Source: Tubiluchus corallicola
Taxonomy: Eukaryota; Animalia; Priapulida
Direction: 5' to 3'
DNA: 64,000 nt
Assembly: GCA_030141605.1 (NCBI GenBank)
Contig: JAQGDQ010000069.1
Coordinates: 1 to 64,000, forward strand
The stretch's first letter is position 1. Each line of letters opens with the position of its first letter. Positions 52,044-64,000 of the stretch are shown in pieces. A program made the translations under genes and the position numbers. The notes beneath the pieces are model-generated. The model was not told the DNA's origin. It saw only the letters and a list, made by a program, of their open reading frames with translations, and searched no databases.

Positions 52044-55000
52044 TTACTTTATGCTGATGACCTGGTCCTTTTCAGCATTGTATTCTTTTGTATGTTTGAT
52101 ATCTCCTGTAATGGTAGTTTGGCAGGCAGCTTCTACAAACAGCTTAGTTGGCACAGGTGCAATTGGACTAGTGGGCTGCCCCATAATCTGCCCATTACTC
52201 AGTGTATGTGGCAATTTTGGTTGTACGACTGATACAAAGTTCTGGTTTCCATACTGATTGGCCACGTGAGGAAAATTGGTTCCACTTTGTCCAAAATAGC
52301 CAGGTACTGGTGTAGGTTGTGGATAGGTATAAAGTTGTGGTGGCGCTGGCTGGTACTGAACTCCAGGTGGTGACACAGCAGGATGACTGGGAAATGTTGG
52401 CTGGATGTTCATGCCAGCTGCTATATAACTGTCGGGAATTTGCACTTGGTCAGGGCCAATTGGCCAAACTCTAAGGGCTTGCCACTTCATAGTACCCCTT
52501 GTCTGTGACAAAACAGCATCAAAGAAGACCATATTGTTGAGTTGAAGCCAGTCTGGACGAGTGTCCATCATTCCTTTCACACAATGACCATTCATATCAA
52601 AGTGCACGATTTCTGTTTTGTACTGTATGATTCCAAAATCAGACATCAAGTGCACCACCTTGCCACATTTATTGATCAACTTATTAAAACTTGTATCACT
52701 GCTGGCAGTTGATATGCTGGAACCAGTTTCGATTACTACGTCCTGGTATGGCAACATTCCTTCTCTTAAATGAGAGGTTTTACCATCCGAAATGTTAAAA
52801 TCCGATCCATCATAATCAGTTGACACTTCAAAATTATCATTTTGATAATCTTTATTGACAAATTCCATTTTCTCCTCCTTCACATTTACTAAATCAGCCC
52901 AATCCTTGCTGCTAGTGTTTGATGTCAAGTCATCCAGGTCATCTCCACCTCCTAATTCCTTTTCTAGTTCTTCCTCTAGCTCATCCCAATTAACCGAATT
53001 GTCAGTAGCGGTATTAGCATGTGATGCTGGCTGCTGCCTTTGTACTATCGGCAATGGTTGCCGACTCAGCCTCGGTGGAACGAAACCTTCGCGCCATACT
53101 CGGGTAGCAGCCCACTCAGCGCTGCCACCACGTTTGCCAGGAACAGCATCAAATCTGACCCGATCTCCTACTTTTACAAGATCAAATAAATTCGTACGAT
53201 TATACTTATTATCAATTACATTGCTGACATGAAAAAACACATTGCTGACTGCCCTACCGCCAGTGTTAAAATAGATGAACCCGCTGGTAGGAAAGACTCG
53301 AGATATTTCTCCAGCCCTGTTAATAATAGTTGGTTTTGAATGCTGAGTGTTTGGTGTCACATTTCTAGACACATATGTAATTGGTGCTGCTTTTCGAGAA
53401 TTTTCATTAACTAGGCTGACTAAGCCTTGGCTCAAACGAAATATTTTTGGATAGCAAGTTACAAAATTAATTATATCATGTGGCATGTAACCAACATTCT
53501 CTTTTATATTTTCACGATTAAACAAAGGATATAGTGTTCGGATCTGCTGTGGTCCAAACTGCTGAATTTTTTTCTGTACTAGCGATCCAACAATTTTATG
53601 AGCTTGCTTTTCTTCTTCATCAAGGTTCAGCACTGGACTGGGAATCTCTGCATCTGCTTCAGCATTCCAAACCCTTGTTGCTTTGTAGTTTGCTTTAAAA
53701 TTAGGGTCAGCATTTGTCTTGGCATCAAAATACATCTTTTGTCCAAGTACCAAGAGATCATTTAAATGGACATTTTCCACATTAAACTCCACTAATGCCG
53801 ACTTTGGAAAATACACACAAGACTTCCGTTCATATGTAAGAAATCCGCCAGCGACAATGATGTTATTGACAATTCCCAATTGGCATTTTAGGGTAATGTC
53901 AAATGAATCAGCTTCCTCGGTCAGACAGACTTCAGAATCGCAATCAATAATAAGATGTTTCGGATGTCTTTTGATAAATTCTGTAAATTCTAACTCTGTG
54001 TTTCCTGTAATTTTTGTGATAGTTTCGGGAGCTTCATTAACATTATACAACAGGCGGCAGATATTACATCTTCCAGAAACTTTCCGAAGAAGCTCCTTAA
54101 CAAAATCTGTAGCAACCAGATCAGCAGTATCTGCACTCGGTCCAACATCATTAATGCTTGACAGCTCTGAAACTTTTTCTTGAGACTTCAAGGTAACAAT
54201 GCCGTTTTTTACGTTAAACACATCAGGGTGTTTGCATATAAAAGATGAGACATCATCGCCAACAGCACTGCGAACTGAAGCAGGTGCCAGTGTCCGCCGG
54301 CCAACTAATTTCTTCAATTCTACCTCTGTTTCACCTCTTGATATCATGCTACGGCGAAAGTACTCTATAGCAGCCAGGTCTAACTCAGAGATGTATTTCC
54401 CATTCACTAAGTTATTTTTAGTTAAATTTAGCTTCTCGGTAAGTGCAACAATACCACTGTTTATTGCGAACTCCTGTGGATGTCTCTGAAGAAAGGTGAT
54501 AAATTCCTCATCCGTTGTTCCTGTAGCAATCCGAAATTCTGGAGGAGCATCGGCTTTTTTGCTAGCAAGGCTACGCACAGCTACCTGTTTTAGGCCCCAT
54601 TTTTTAATTGCTTCTTTAAAATATTGAACAGCTTCATGCTCTATCTTTTCTGGATTCCAGGCCTTGGGTCTAGGTGATGTTCTTTTATCATCACCATCCT
54701 CACTTTCACTTTCTTCATCTTCATCAATAATTACTTGAACAGTTTCACCCTTTACAACAAATTTTTCTGGGTGACGATTAAGAAAGCTTGTGAATTGCTC
54801 AATCGTCTTGCCAACGTGCTTACGGATGTGAGATGGTGCCTGAGACTTTTTGCCCATTAATTTCGAAATTGCAACCACATCTGTCCCCCAAACGTCAAAT
54901 GGCTCCTTGAAAAAGTCAACAGCTTCCTTCTCTATTTCTTCGTCCATGTTACCATCTGCAAAATTACAGATAAATGTCGCCATATTAGCCAAATACTAAT

Positions 55001-57041
55001 ATATTGACAAATTAATATTTAGTTACCGGAATGTCTCACAGTTACTTATACATGCACAATCAATGCATTTATGCATTTATTTGCAACACCAATTGCAAAA
55101 TTTGGTATAAAAAGCCACTATTTTTATTTACAGTAGGCGCTGCTTAATAGACTCATTTTGGGACCGAAGTGTTTTGACCCAATTAACATACTGAACCTAT
55201 TAACAGATGGGTGTAGTATTACTGGTACAGAAGTACGAGTCACCAGCTTAGTATGCACTGCAAAGGTTTTTAATGAATTCTAGAAATGAATTAATGCCTA
55301 AACTCCTTTGTGCAGTTAAAAATTAAAAAAAATTTAAAATGTTAATTTATATAAGTAATTTAGCAATAAATTAAAAAGTATACTATTCATTTGCAAAAAT
55401 TACAAAAATTCCATAAAGATCGGCTGCTTCATTTTATCGCGAAGAAATTGGCTCAAGGAGTTCTAATAATGATAAAAACGTTGAAAATCTGTTGTATGAT
55501 GCACAGATTCTTGTAAAATACTTAGTGCTTGGCGTACCTAAACTGTTTGTGGAGCCCGTTTGTGTAACTTAGTCTATAGTTTCGCCTAAGTTTCTGCTTG
55601 CCATTGGGATGTCTTAGTGTGTGCTGTAATTGCATCCCTGGCATAACAGCAACATCTAACTGATTAAACTTTCTGGAAAAGACAGCCAGAGCTTCAAAAG
55701 CAAACGCTAAGCACGTGATTAAATGTTTAGCTTCCAGGAATTTTTGGGTAATGACGGGTGGGTCAAAGCAAACCATTAGGCTAGCATATTAGCATATGAT
55801 AAGTGTTCCTGCTTACAAACAAAACGGTACTTAACATGATTGTTTCTACGTATATTATAGTACAAAAGCAAATTAAGAATATATTAAAGTCATAAAAGCT
55901 TATTAATCACATGAAAGTGTTTTACTGAAACATGTGAAGCAATAATATTGAGTCAATTATTCGGAGTTATTTGAGTTAATTATCGACAGTTTTTATGTAC
56001 ATTTGAATGGAAGTGGCCCTTACCAGGTGTTTTTCAGTCAATTAAGCGATTGAGTTTATTAACCGTGAGTCTATTAAGCGGCACCTACTATAGTAAGTTT
56101 TAAATGAAAGCTGATAAAGCCATATATGTTGAAGAACAATCATGCTAATTTTAATAAACACTAATAAAGAGAATTAAATTTACGGTTAATTCCCTAGCTA
56201 ATGAATTTCTTTTGAGCATCCACGATCAAATAACTCAGAACTTGAAAAAGTGACAGACAGACTGAAAGGCGCTCATTCCACCTGTAACGAAGCTTACTTA
56301 CAGTCCACAAAGCAAAGAACAAATAACCTTAAGGAAATATGCAAAACTCTGTTACCTATTTAGAAGAAAAATGCTTTTAGGAAGGTGATTATCCTAGGTC
56401 CAATCTTCCAAGTCCGAAGATGCCAAGGTATCCCAGTTGTTGGTAACCTTACTAGTAACACCTTCTGCCAGCGAAACAAATTTCCCTTCCACTTGGAAAA
56501 CGTCTGGGTGCAGACGTAAAAACTTTGCAAATTTTTTGTCCTTTCGACCAACAAATTCTCTTACTCTCATAGAAGTAAACTGTTTGGTACTTGCAAGTTT
56601 GTGAATTGTAACGTTTGGCTCATTCCAACGATCAAGTTCATCACGGAAAAATTCTATAGCTTCCAGTTCTGTGAGAACAGATATTTCCTGTTTTTCTTCT
56701 TCACTTAGGATCTCCCGTTCGGCACCAAGCAAATACACAACATTATTTTCTATCCTAAATATCGATGGATAAGCCAAAAGCAAATTGCGAAATGGAATGA
56801 GACCTGGTGCAGCAGTTTCTTTAACATACCATGGACATTTGTGGTCGCCCAAATGTGTCACAAATTTTAGCAAAGGCAGTGGTCCCTTTCTGGCTAAGAT
56901 TTCTGCTAAGTAAAGTACTGTATTCTTCCTGATGATATTTAATTTTGAGTGACGAAGATTTTTCGTTAATGGTTGGTCTGCTACATAATTTGCTGGCGCA
57001 CATTTTACGTAAGAGCTAGTATGAGGGCCCGCATCACTCAT
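52044..57041 (-). CDS. Egalitarian-like multi-winged-helix + cold-shock/OB-fold protein with C-terminal LC8-type motif (~1166 aa if the two coding exons are joined)
   Basis: ORFs 57041-56394 and 54992-52044 join in phase 1 through donor ACTA|GTAAGG (exon end 56453) and acceptor tttgcAG|ATGGT (exon start 54955). Seven E.EA..FF...V..L...A...R...G...F..FL..HP..F.V....V.L-type repeats, three G.(I/V)...GF(I/L)...V.F...L...G..V.FDA...(W/Y).A.RVW repeats, a P/Q-rich tract and terminal EAACQTTITGDIKHTKEY. A donor at 58102-58103 suggests a non-coding first exon. Confidence 0.8.
55131..56090. mobile_element. Non-autonomous Tc1/mariner-pogo (Tigger-like) element in the intron of the Egalitarian-like gene
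   Basis: TIRs cagtaggcgctgcttaatagactca / tgagtctattaagcggcacctacta, TA dinucleotide on both flanks. Confidence 0.8.
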
Positions 57042-57399
57042 AATTCATTGCTGACGTGTCTTTACAACAAAATGACTAGAAGAATAATAGAAATAAAACT
57101 ATTTAGTTACCACATTATCAAGTTATGCACATAATGTATAGTTAGACATAATACATCATCACATTATACATATCATGTATAGTTTTACATACCACATGAT
57201 CATATTACACATCCATGCATGCATGCACACATGCATACACCCACCACGCATGCACATACACACACACTGCAGAATGCATTTTACAATCTATAGCTGAATG
57301 AAGATTTTTTTCTATAGTCACTATCATTTTGACAGTTTTTGCCAAATTCGCACTCCAACCAAATTATGACAATCACTAACTCCTGTATTAGAATTTATT

Positions 57400-57800
57400 T
57401 TACCAATGAGGCATCTTGGATTATCATTATCAGTAATTACCACATCTAGTAATGATGGTGTAGTTTTCAGCAGGTGGGTGTACTCATGACATTTTTGAGT
57501 CTAAAAGTAGTTACCAAATCATCTAGTTGGTTAGGTTTATGCATTATGCTTACGTTTAAATCGCCAATAACGAATATCACATTGGCATCTGGCTGAATTT
57601 TGTCGTAAATTTTTCCAAATTTATCCATTAACACGGGAACATGTATGGATGGGGGTCGATATATATACCAACTAACATAGAACGATTTTTCTACTCGGGC
57701 ATTGAGCTCAATGATTAATTTTTCTGTGCTGCCACAATTTTCCTCAAGATCCTGTCTTCGCCTATGTGGTATGTCACTGCGAACATGTAGCATCAACATG
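57400..57800 (-). mobile_element. LINE APE-endonuclease fragment
   Basis: HVRSDIPHRRRQDLE, IYRPP, FVIGDLNV, PTC...PSLLDVVIT motifs. Confidence 0.8.
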
Positions 57801-60594
57801 TGGACTTATGTGTTTTGTCTCATTTTATGCAGTCTAAAGCATTTAAATCATTTAAATTCTTCAAAAACTAATCAGGGTGTCAGAGACTGCATCAAAACGC
57901 ACTTTTGTCGGATTTTGGCAGTTTTGCTTTATACTAATAAAGTTTCTGCTACAGTCAAAGAATGAAAAATTCTGATTTTGAAATGATGTCACTACAGTCA
58001 GAATCACGCCGTGTAGTTTTAGCTACAGTCCCCTGACGAATTCAAAATAAATTCTTTAAACATCACGAGACAAAACAAGCTAAAGTACACAATTTGATCT
58101 TACCTAGCACTAAATCACGCACAAACTAGCAACGCTGACTATAAAAAAATCTGCAATCAGCTGGCGATTGTAAAATGCGCTTTACAACATGGGTTGATGG
58201 CTAATTGCGTGCTGGCAAAATTAATTTTATTAAAAAGGGAACTACATCGGGATATTAATGACCAATAACAACACTCTTACATTCGTTGATATCCCGACAA
58301 AATCCAGTGAAACACTGATGTTACTTTACCAATAAGAATTAATAATTTCCTCGCTTCTACTAACGTAATACTTCACAAAATCCCCACTCCATCTTTCTAG
58401 TTTAAAATTATTTCTTCAAAAGCGCATCGCTTATTTTACTCGCTTTACTGCCTTTCGTCACGACACCGAGTGTTTTATAAGAAGTTGCACAAGACGCATA
58501 TTTTAAAGGCACTTTGCCTATTGGAAGTGGAGCATGCTAAAGCACCAGTACCAAGAAAGAAGCTAACATCTTCACCAACTGGGGAATTCATCGCTCATTC
58601 ACGCGGATCGTGTGGCGGTCGACCATACAGGCTGCTGAGCATTTGGCACTATCCTTGGACACAAGGTGGAGGCCATGACAAAGAATCCAAAACTTACTAT
58701 AGTTGATCAACATTCGAGCTATAACCTCAGAAGACATCTGTGAGACGTGTTTGACGAACCTTCGCTCAATTCTGATTTTCTTGGGTCTCTCCAGTCTCGC
58801 TAGCCTTCAGCTAGGTTGTGCGAGTTGCATGAGGCTTTCACATAAATAAAATATTGAGGGCTTGAAATGTTTAGTTTGCAGTTTGACTTTCTGTCTGTTT
58901 GGCTATTCCATATGGTAAGATCGCAATCAAATCAAACTTGGCGCAATTAAAGAGAGAGTTGGGCAAGGGCTGGAGCTCAATATTTCTTGGTTCAACAAGG
59001 AAAGTCAAAGGTATATGCAGTGTGTACTATACAAAATTAATGTGCAGGAACTCCACCATACAGGCAAGTCGTACTAGCTGTGATTCAGTTTGGCAAGTGT
59101 GCATTGTGGGCGACACATGTTTGTGTTCATTTCTTATTATTTACTGAAAAAGCACCTCAAACCAATAAATTCGTTTCAGGCTAATATCATGGGCAAAATT
59201 GGCACTGTCAACAAAAGGATTAAAGGTTTCTACAGCAAAGAAAAAACGTAAAATACACAGATCATGGGTCACTCTTGTAACTAAAAAACGGTGAACTCAA
59301 ACAGCATTTGTATGGAGATAACAAACATTTAAGCAATTCCAAGGGTACTGCAATGTTGGCTCGACATTTCAAGCAAGCGATCTTCAATGCTACCACACCT
59401 AGACTGTGGCAAGTCCAAAATGACATTCATGATGGGCGGCATCGGATTTATAATTCGACTCCTCAATAATAGGCACTTCTTAACATGTCACACACAAACC
59501 GCCTCCATTCCTGTTGCTGTGAGCCCATCTAATTATTGACTGATATATGCCAATATAATTATGCCTTATAAAAGCACAGCTTATGACCGACTATCTATTA
59601 TGTTGAGGAGTGACTGTAAAAACTCAAAATCCAAAATAGATAAGTTGTTTAATGAGTGTGATAATAATAACATACTGCATGTGCGCAACGTTCTCATGCC
59701 ATATGTGTAGTGCAATGAATGTAATCACAAACACAGAACAATTCTGTATCTGTTGACTTTAACTTTATGAAAGACCCAAATTTGTACATGCAAGCACTAA
59801 TCTGTAGAAACGGGTACATGACATTTGGGGCGTGGCTATTTGGGCACGAGGCATTTGGGCACGCTACATTCAAACACAGGAACAATTGTCGCTATTTTTT
59901 ATTTTTGTTTAATAAATCTTTAATAATTCACTAAATTCAAACTCTTATAATTATAATATTATCGTCTTTCAACTCAAAGTGTACAATTGTGTACAAAAGA
60001 TATTACACACGATATTTTTTAGATCGTTTCACTCAATTTAGTGTATGCAGTAACATGTGTTATAACTATTAAAATCAGTCAATTGACTTTGCGCTTTCTG
60101 GTTTTCCATCTTCGATAATAATTATTGGTGTGTTGTTTATAAAATGAATGAAGTAGGAAGAGACACCGAACGTTTAGATTAGCATTTTGTAAAAAAATGA
60201 CGGCAAGTTAGTTCATAAATATGTAATGCATCACAAAAACAGTAAATAACAGAAAATTATGCATGACAAAAAGATTTAGTCACAGCAAATTTAACATTAC
60301 TGCAGCGGCTAAACCAATTACATCACAATTTATATTGATGTGCTTTAGAGGAAACGGACGTGTAATGGGTTGTTTAATTGTTTACACTAACTACTCACTC
60401 GAAATAAACCAGATCAATGCTTAATGTAGCAGTAAAACCTTTATTTGCCATTTTAAAAACATTGACCATCATAATAAAAGACAGACAATCAGTGTTAGTT
60501 CATATAAACAACATACACTGTTCTGGGCAAATGCGTCTGGTGCAAGCTAAACTATAAGTGCAACTAGAAATTCAAAAATAAAATATAAACTAGT

Positions 60595-61014
60595 TTAGTA
60601 GGGTCTATGAAAAATGAAATTATGATTTGAGTAAGTATCATCGTGTTCGTATGTCGGATATTCAAAACGAGTCATTAAATGTTTTTTTAATTTAGACTTG
60701 AGTATTAATAAAGAGCTGCTGTGTTTTAGTGATGTTTTTAATGAATTCCAAAGTTGTATTGCTTGCATAGTAATGGAATTCTTTCCATACTGATTGTTCG
60801 TTCTGATGTTTCTTAAATTTAGTGTTTTGTTATTCATACTGTGGTTTTTAAGAAGTGGGAGCTTATTGTTTTTGAAAGGATAATTAATATTGTTGATATA
60901 TTTATAGAGAAGAAGGAGAGTTTGATAATCTCTGTGGGCTTCTAATATCGGGATTTTCATGGAGTTTCTTAAAGAGGTGGCAGAATATTTACTTGTATTG
61001 TGAGATAATTTCAA
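60595..61014 (-). mobile_element. LINE (CR1/L2-like) ORF2 3'-end fragment, truncated by the younger element
   Basis: LLLYKYIN, RTNNQYGKNSITMQAIQLWNSL...K.SSSLLILKSKLKKHL C-terminal pattern. Confidence 0.7.
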
Positions 61015-61029
61015 AGAATGACCCTTAAC

Positions 61030-64000
61030 TTACATGATTAGGGGGGGGCAGTGGTGTCGGGGAGATTGTATAGGATGGATAAATCCCACCCCCCGACACA
61101 TTGCTGAGGCCTTCGACAGGCCCATTGCAATTATTCACTGCTATACGTCTATTGGTCGTACTCGGCAAGCCTTCCAGCTTGCTTCAGATACGCCGCTAGT
61201 TTTTTCAGGTTTAAGTTCTCTACAACTGCTCTAAGTTTTGTATTTTTATTTCCCAGACATTTGATACGAGCACCCTGGTAGGCGGTGCATCGTCCCACGT
61301 GATGGTCCGGTGTTTCGTCTTCCTGACCACATTTCGGGCAAATCGCGGATTATGCTCGACAAGTGGTTTTTTTATGTTTTTGGAGATTACAGTGTCCGGT
61401 TAGGACCTGTATAACCATGTTGAGTTAGTTCTACTGAGACTCAGGAGCCTATTGCAGACTCGGGCCGAGGCCCAGCCCACATGTTCCTTTGTTCTTTTGC
61501 AGTCCTCACGATTATTCCACGACGTTTCCCATCGTTTTAGACTCCATCCCTTAATCGCGTAGACACAGCTAGCGTAAGGGACGGGCAGATAGGGTTCTGG
61601 TCCCTCCGGAGAGAGCTCAGATCCCTTTTTAGCAAGCTTGTCCGCCTCTTCGTTACCATGTACTCCTTAGTGTCCAGGAATCCATGTAACCAAGACTCGG
61701 TTTCTTTTTCCAAGTATGTTCAAGTTTTCAACACAACGTAAAACCGAGATAGATTTTACTGTATTGTTTTCAGTAGCTTTAATAGCCGCCTGGCTGTCTA
61801 ACAGGATGACTATTGATTGATTCTGGAGTCCTTCCGAAGACATTATCTCCGCCGCTTGTGAGATGGCGAAAACTTCTGCCTGGAAAACAGTACTCAATTT
61901 CCCAAGATAGAAGAACTCCTCCAATACTCTGGACTCAGTCGGATACTCGATACGTATACCTGCACCGATCCTTCCGCCCAGTTTGGAACCATCGGTATAA
62001 CACCTGACACAGTTCCTATCCATTTCGCCTTCCGATTTGATAGCGATTTCTCTTTCCTGAATCTGGCATTCGAAATTTCTTTCGAACACGCATGTTCTTT
62101 TTCTTAAATCACCCGGCATATGCAACAGTTGGAGGTCGCGCCTATAGCTATTGCACACATCGATATGACTTTTAGACTTACCAAAAGTTCCCACGGTCTT
62201 CGCTGTCCAGAGCCCCGCCGTATCTATACGGTATGACCCTCGGACCGCCTCCGACCGAATGAACTCGTCTATTGGTGTGATATTCAACAACATCTCCGAT
62301 GCACCGGTAGGAGTACTTGGGAACGCTGAAGAAATCATTAAGCATGCTAATCTCTGTACTTTCTGGAGCATTTTCCTGAGGTACATTTTTTCCAACCCGC
62401 TGACCCAGGACACACACGCATACGTCATGAAAGGACGTACCATTGCCGTGTATATCCATTTCATGATCCGCGGTTGGATACCCCACGTTTTACCAACAAT
62501 TTGTCTGCATTGCATAAGTGCCGCCGTCGCCTTGTTGGTGACCCGTGTTATATGGCTCTTCCAAGTCAGTTTACTGTCTAGGGTTACCCCGAGCAGTTTC
62601 GCTTCATTGGAGAGTTGGAGCTTCTGTCCATTCATCCAGAGATCCCCAATATTTGGATTTCTCTTGTTTGTGAACATGATTACTTCGGTCTTACTACTGC
62701 TGAATTCTAGTTCAGTTTTCCTGGACCATTCAGCAGCAATGTTAATTACATTTTGCGCCCTCCTTCTGACCGTCGATACGTTCGCACTAGCTATTAGTAC
62801 TGCCAGGTCGTCGGCATAGGCTTGTGCATAAATTCCATTTTCTTCAAATTCCCTAAGCAGAGAGTTCAATACACAGTTCCATAGCAAGGGAGACAGTATT
62901 CCGCCTTGGGGGTTTCCCTTTACTACTTCCCTCTTTACCGTGGCATCACACAGCTCTACTTGGACCGTACGGCACCTTACCATGTTCTCAATCCAGCGGA
63001 TAAGAACTGGCGATACCTCAAGTTCAAGCAATGCGGCGGATATGCTATTAAAAGAAACGTTATCAAATGCCCCAACAATATCCAAAAAGACACCTAGTGA
63101 GAGCTTCTTTTTAGCAAGACTACGTTCAATACGCTGTACATACTCGTGCAGAGCAGTTTCCGTGGAAACGCCTGCGCGGAAGCCATACTGCACATTGGAT
63201 AGTCTTGCTTGTAATTCAGTATCCTCGTTCAATTGATAGAGGACTATTCTCTCCAACCATTTCAGTTGAAATGACGTTAATGTTATCATCCGGAAAGACT
63301 TGACTTCTAAATAGCTATTCTTTCCGGGTTTCGGCAAAAATACTCCTTTCCCTTCCTTCCAGGATCTCGGTACATGACCATACCTGAGACATGTCTGGAA
63401 AAGCATGAGGTAGTGCTTTTTAATGTATTTCCATCCTTTCTGCAACAGGACTGGATATATACCATCCGGTCCCGGAGCCTTGAACGGTTGGAATTCAAAC
63501 AGTGCCGCTTTCACTCGTTCTTCCGAGCAAATGGAAGCGATGAATTCCTCATCCACGGTCGCGCAAACAGGCAAATCCGTGGATGTGTCTGGTTCCGTTA
63601 CTCGACTCCCTGGTGATAGGGTGTCGAGGAGCCGGTTTAAAGTTTCCTCCGGTGAACTGGTTAATTTACCGTCTTCTTTATACACACAGCTTAACTGCGC
63701 TGCTTTATTTCGGCGGAGGACCTTTACCAACCTAGCAGTTGGTGCCTGATCTTCCATCTTTTCCGTGAAACTCCGCCAGGATTGGCGTTTCGCCTTCCGG
63801 ACGGCGTTTTTGAATATAGACTGGGTTAGCTTTCTTGTTTCCCAGTCTCGTTGATTTTTAGTCTTAGTGGCTCTCCTGCAAGCCCTGCGCGCCTCCTTGC
63901 GGAGACGGCTTAGCTCCGGATTCCACCATTTGTTCCCATCCTTCTTCCTCTGCCTACGTAATGGGCAAGCAGTTTCATAAGAATGAATAACAGCAGCCTG
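61030..64000 (-). mobile_element. LOA/R1-group non-LTR retrotransposon (RT + RNase H + CCHC knuckle), disabled, 5' part beyond the window
   Basis: Frame open from the window end (WWNPELSRLR) through KAPGPDGI, LPKPGK, QYGFRAGVST, FLDIVGAFD, GNPQGGILSP, AYADDL, KLLGV; RNase H YTDGSK..TVFQAEV..DSQAA..WIPGH*GVHGNEEADKLAK (nonsense at 61667-61669); frameshift ~61425, second stop ~61350, CPKC..ETPDHH...C knuckle, natural stop 61149-61151, then a structured 3' UTR. Confidence 0.92.

Noticed and set aside
52855-54489. Plus-strand ORFs (52855, 53719, 54199), and likewise 62259-63749
   Set aside because: Antisense shadows of long minus-strand coding sequences, with no recognisable motifs.
56356-56396. 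Stop-codon readthrough joining the two Egalitarian-like ORFs
   Set aside because: The post-stop donor is phase 2 while the acceptor at 54955 needs phase 1; the upstream donor at 56452 explains the join without readthrough.
58470-59520. Short ORFs and coding-like patches (58470, 58899; NRNGGGLCV near 59500)
   Set aside because: Probably old retroelement debris; no continuous homologous frame could be supported.

Overview
AT-rich, intron-rich eukaryotic (animal, probably marine invertebrate; taxon not determinable) genomic DNA. By hand-splicing at GT-AG sites I recover five protein-coding genes: PM20D1-like M20 peptidase (-, 10 exons, ~512 aa), ING3 (-, 11 exons, ~387 aa), mitochondrial aminomethyltransferase AMT/GcvT (+, 9 exons, ~403 aa, head-to-head with ING3), ciliary CFAP276/C1orf194-like (+, 4 exons, ~140 aa, RFX X-boxes upstream) and an unusual Egalitarian-like gene (-, ~1166 aa if spliced) with seven Egl-type winged-helix repeats, three cold-shock/OB-like domains and a C-terminal dynein-light-chain QT-type motif but no exonuclease domain. 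Both ends carry decayed non-LTR retrotransposons (CR1-like at 0.1-2.9 kb; LOA/R1-group with RNase H at 61-64 kb). Introns hold several MITEs (hAT with 8-bp TSDs, a hAT-derived family with 5-bp TSDs, a pogo/Tigger-like element), three minisatellites, a nested inverted-repeat block, an orphan TWIK-type K2P channel exon and a candidate structured RNA. All identifications come from recalled family motifs; no database search was run.
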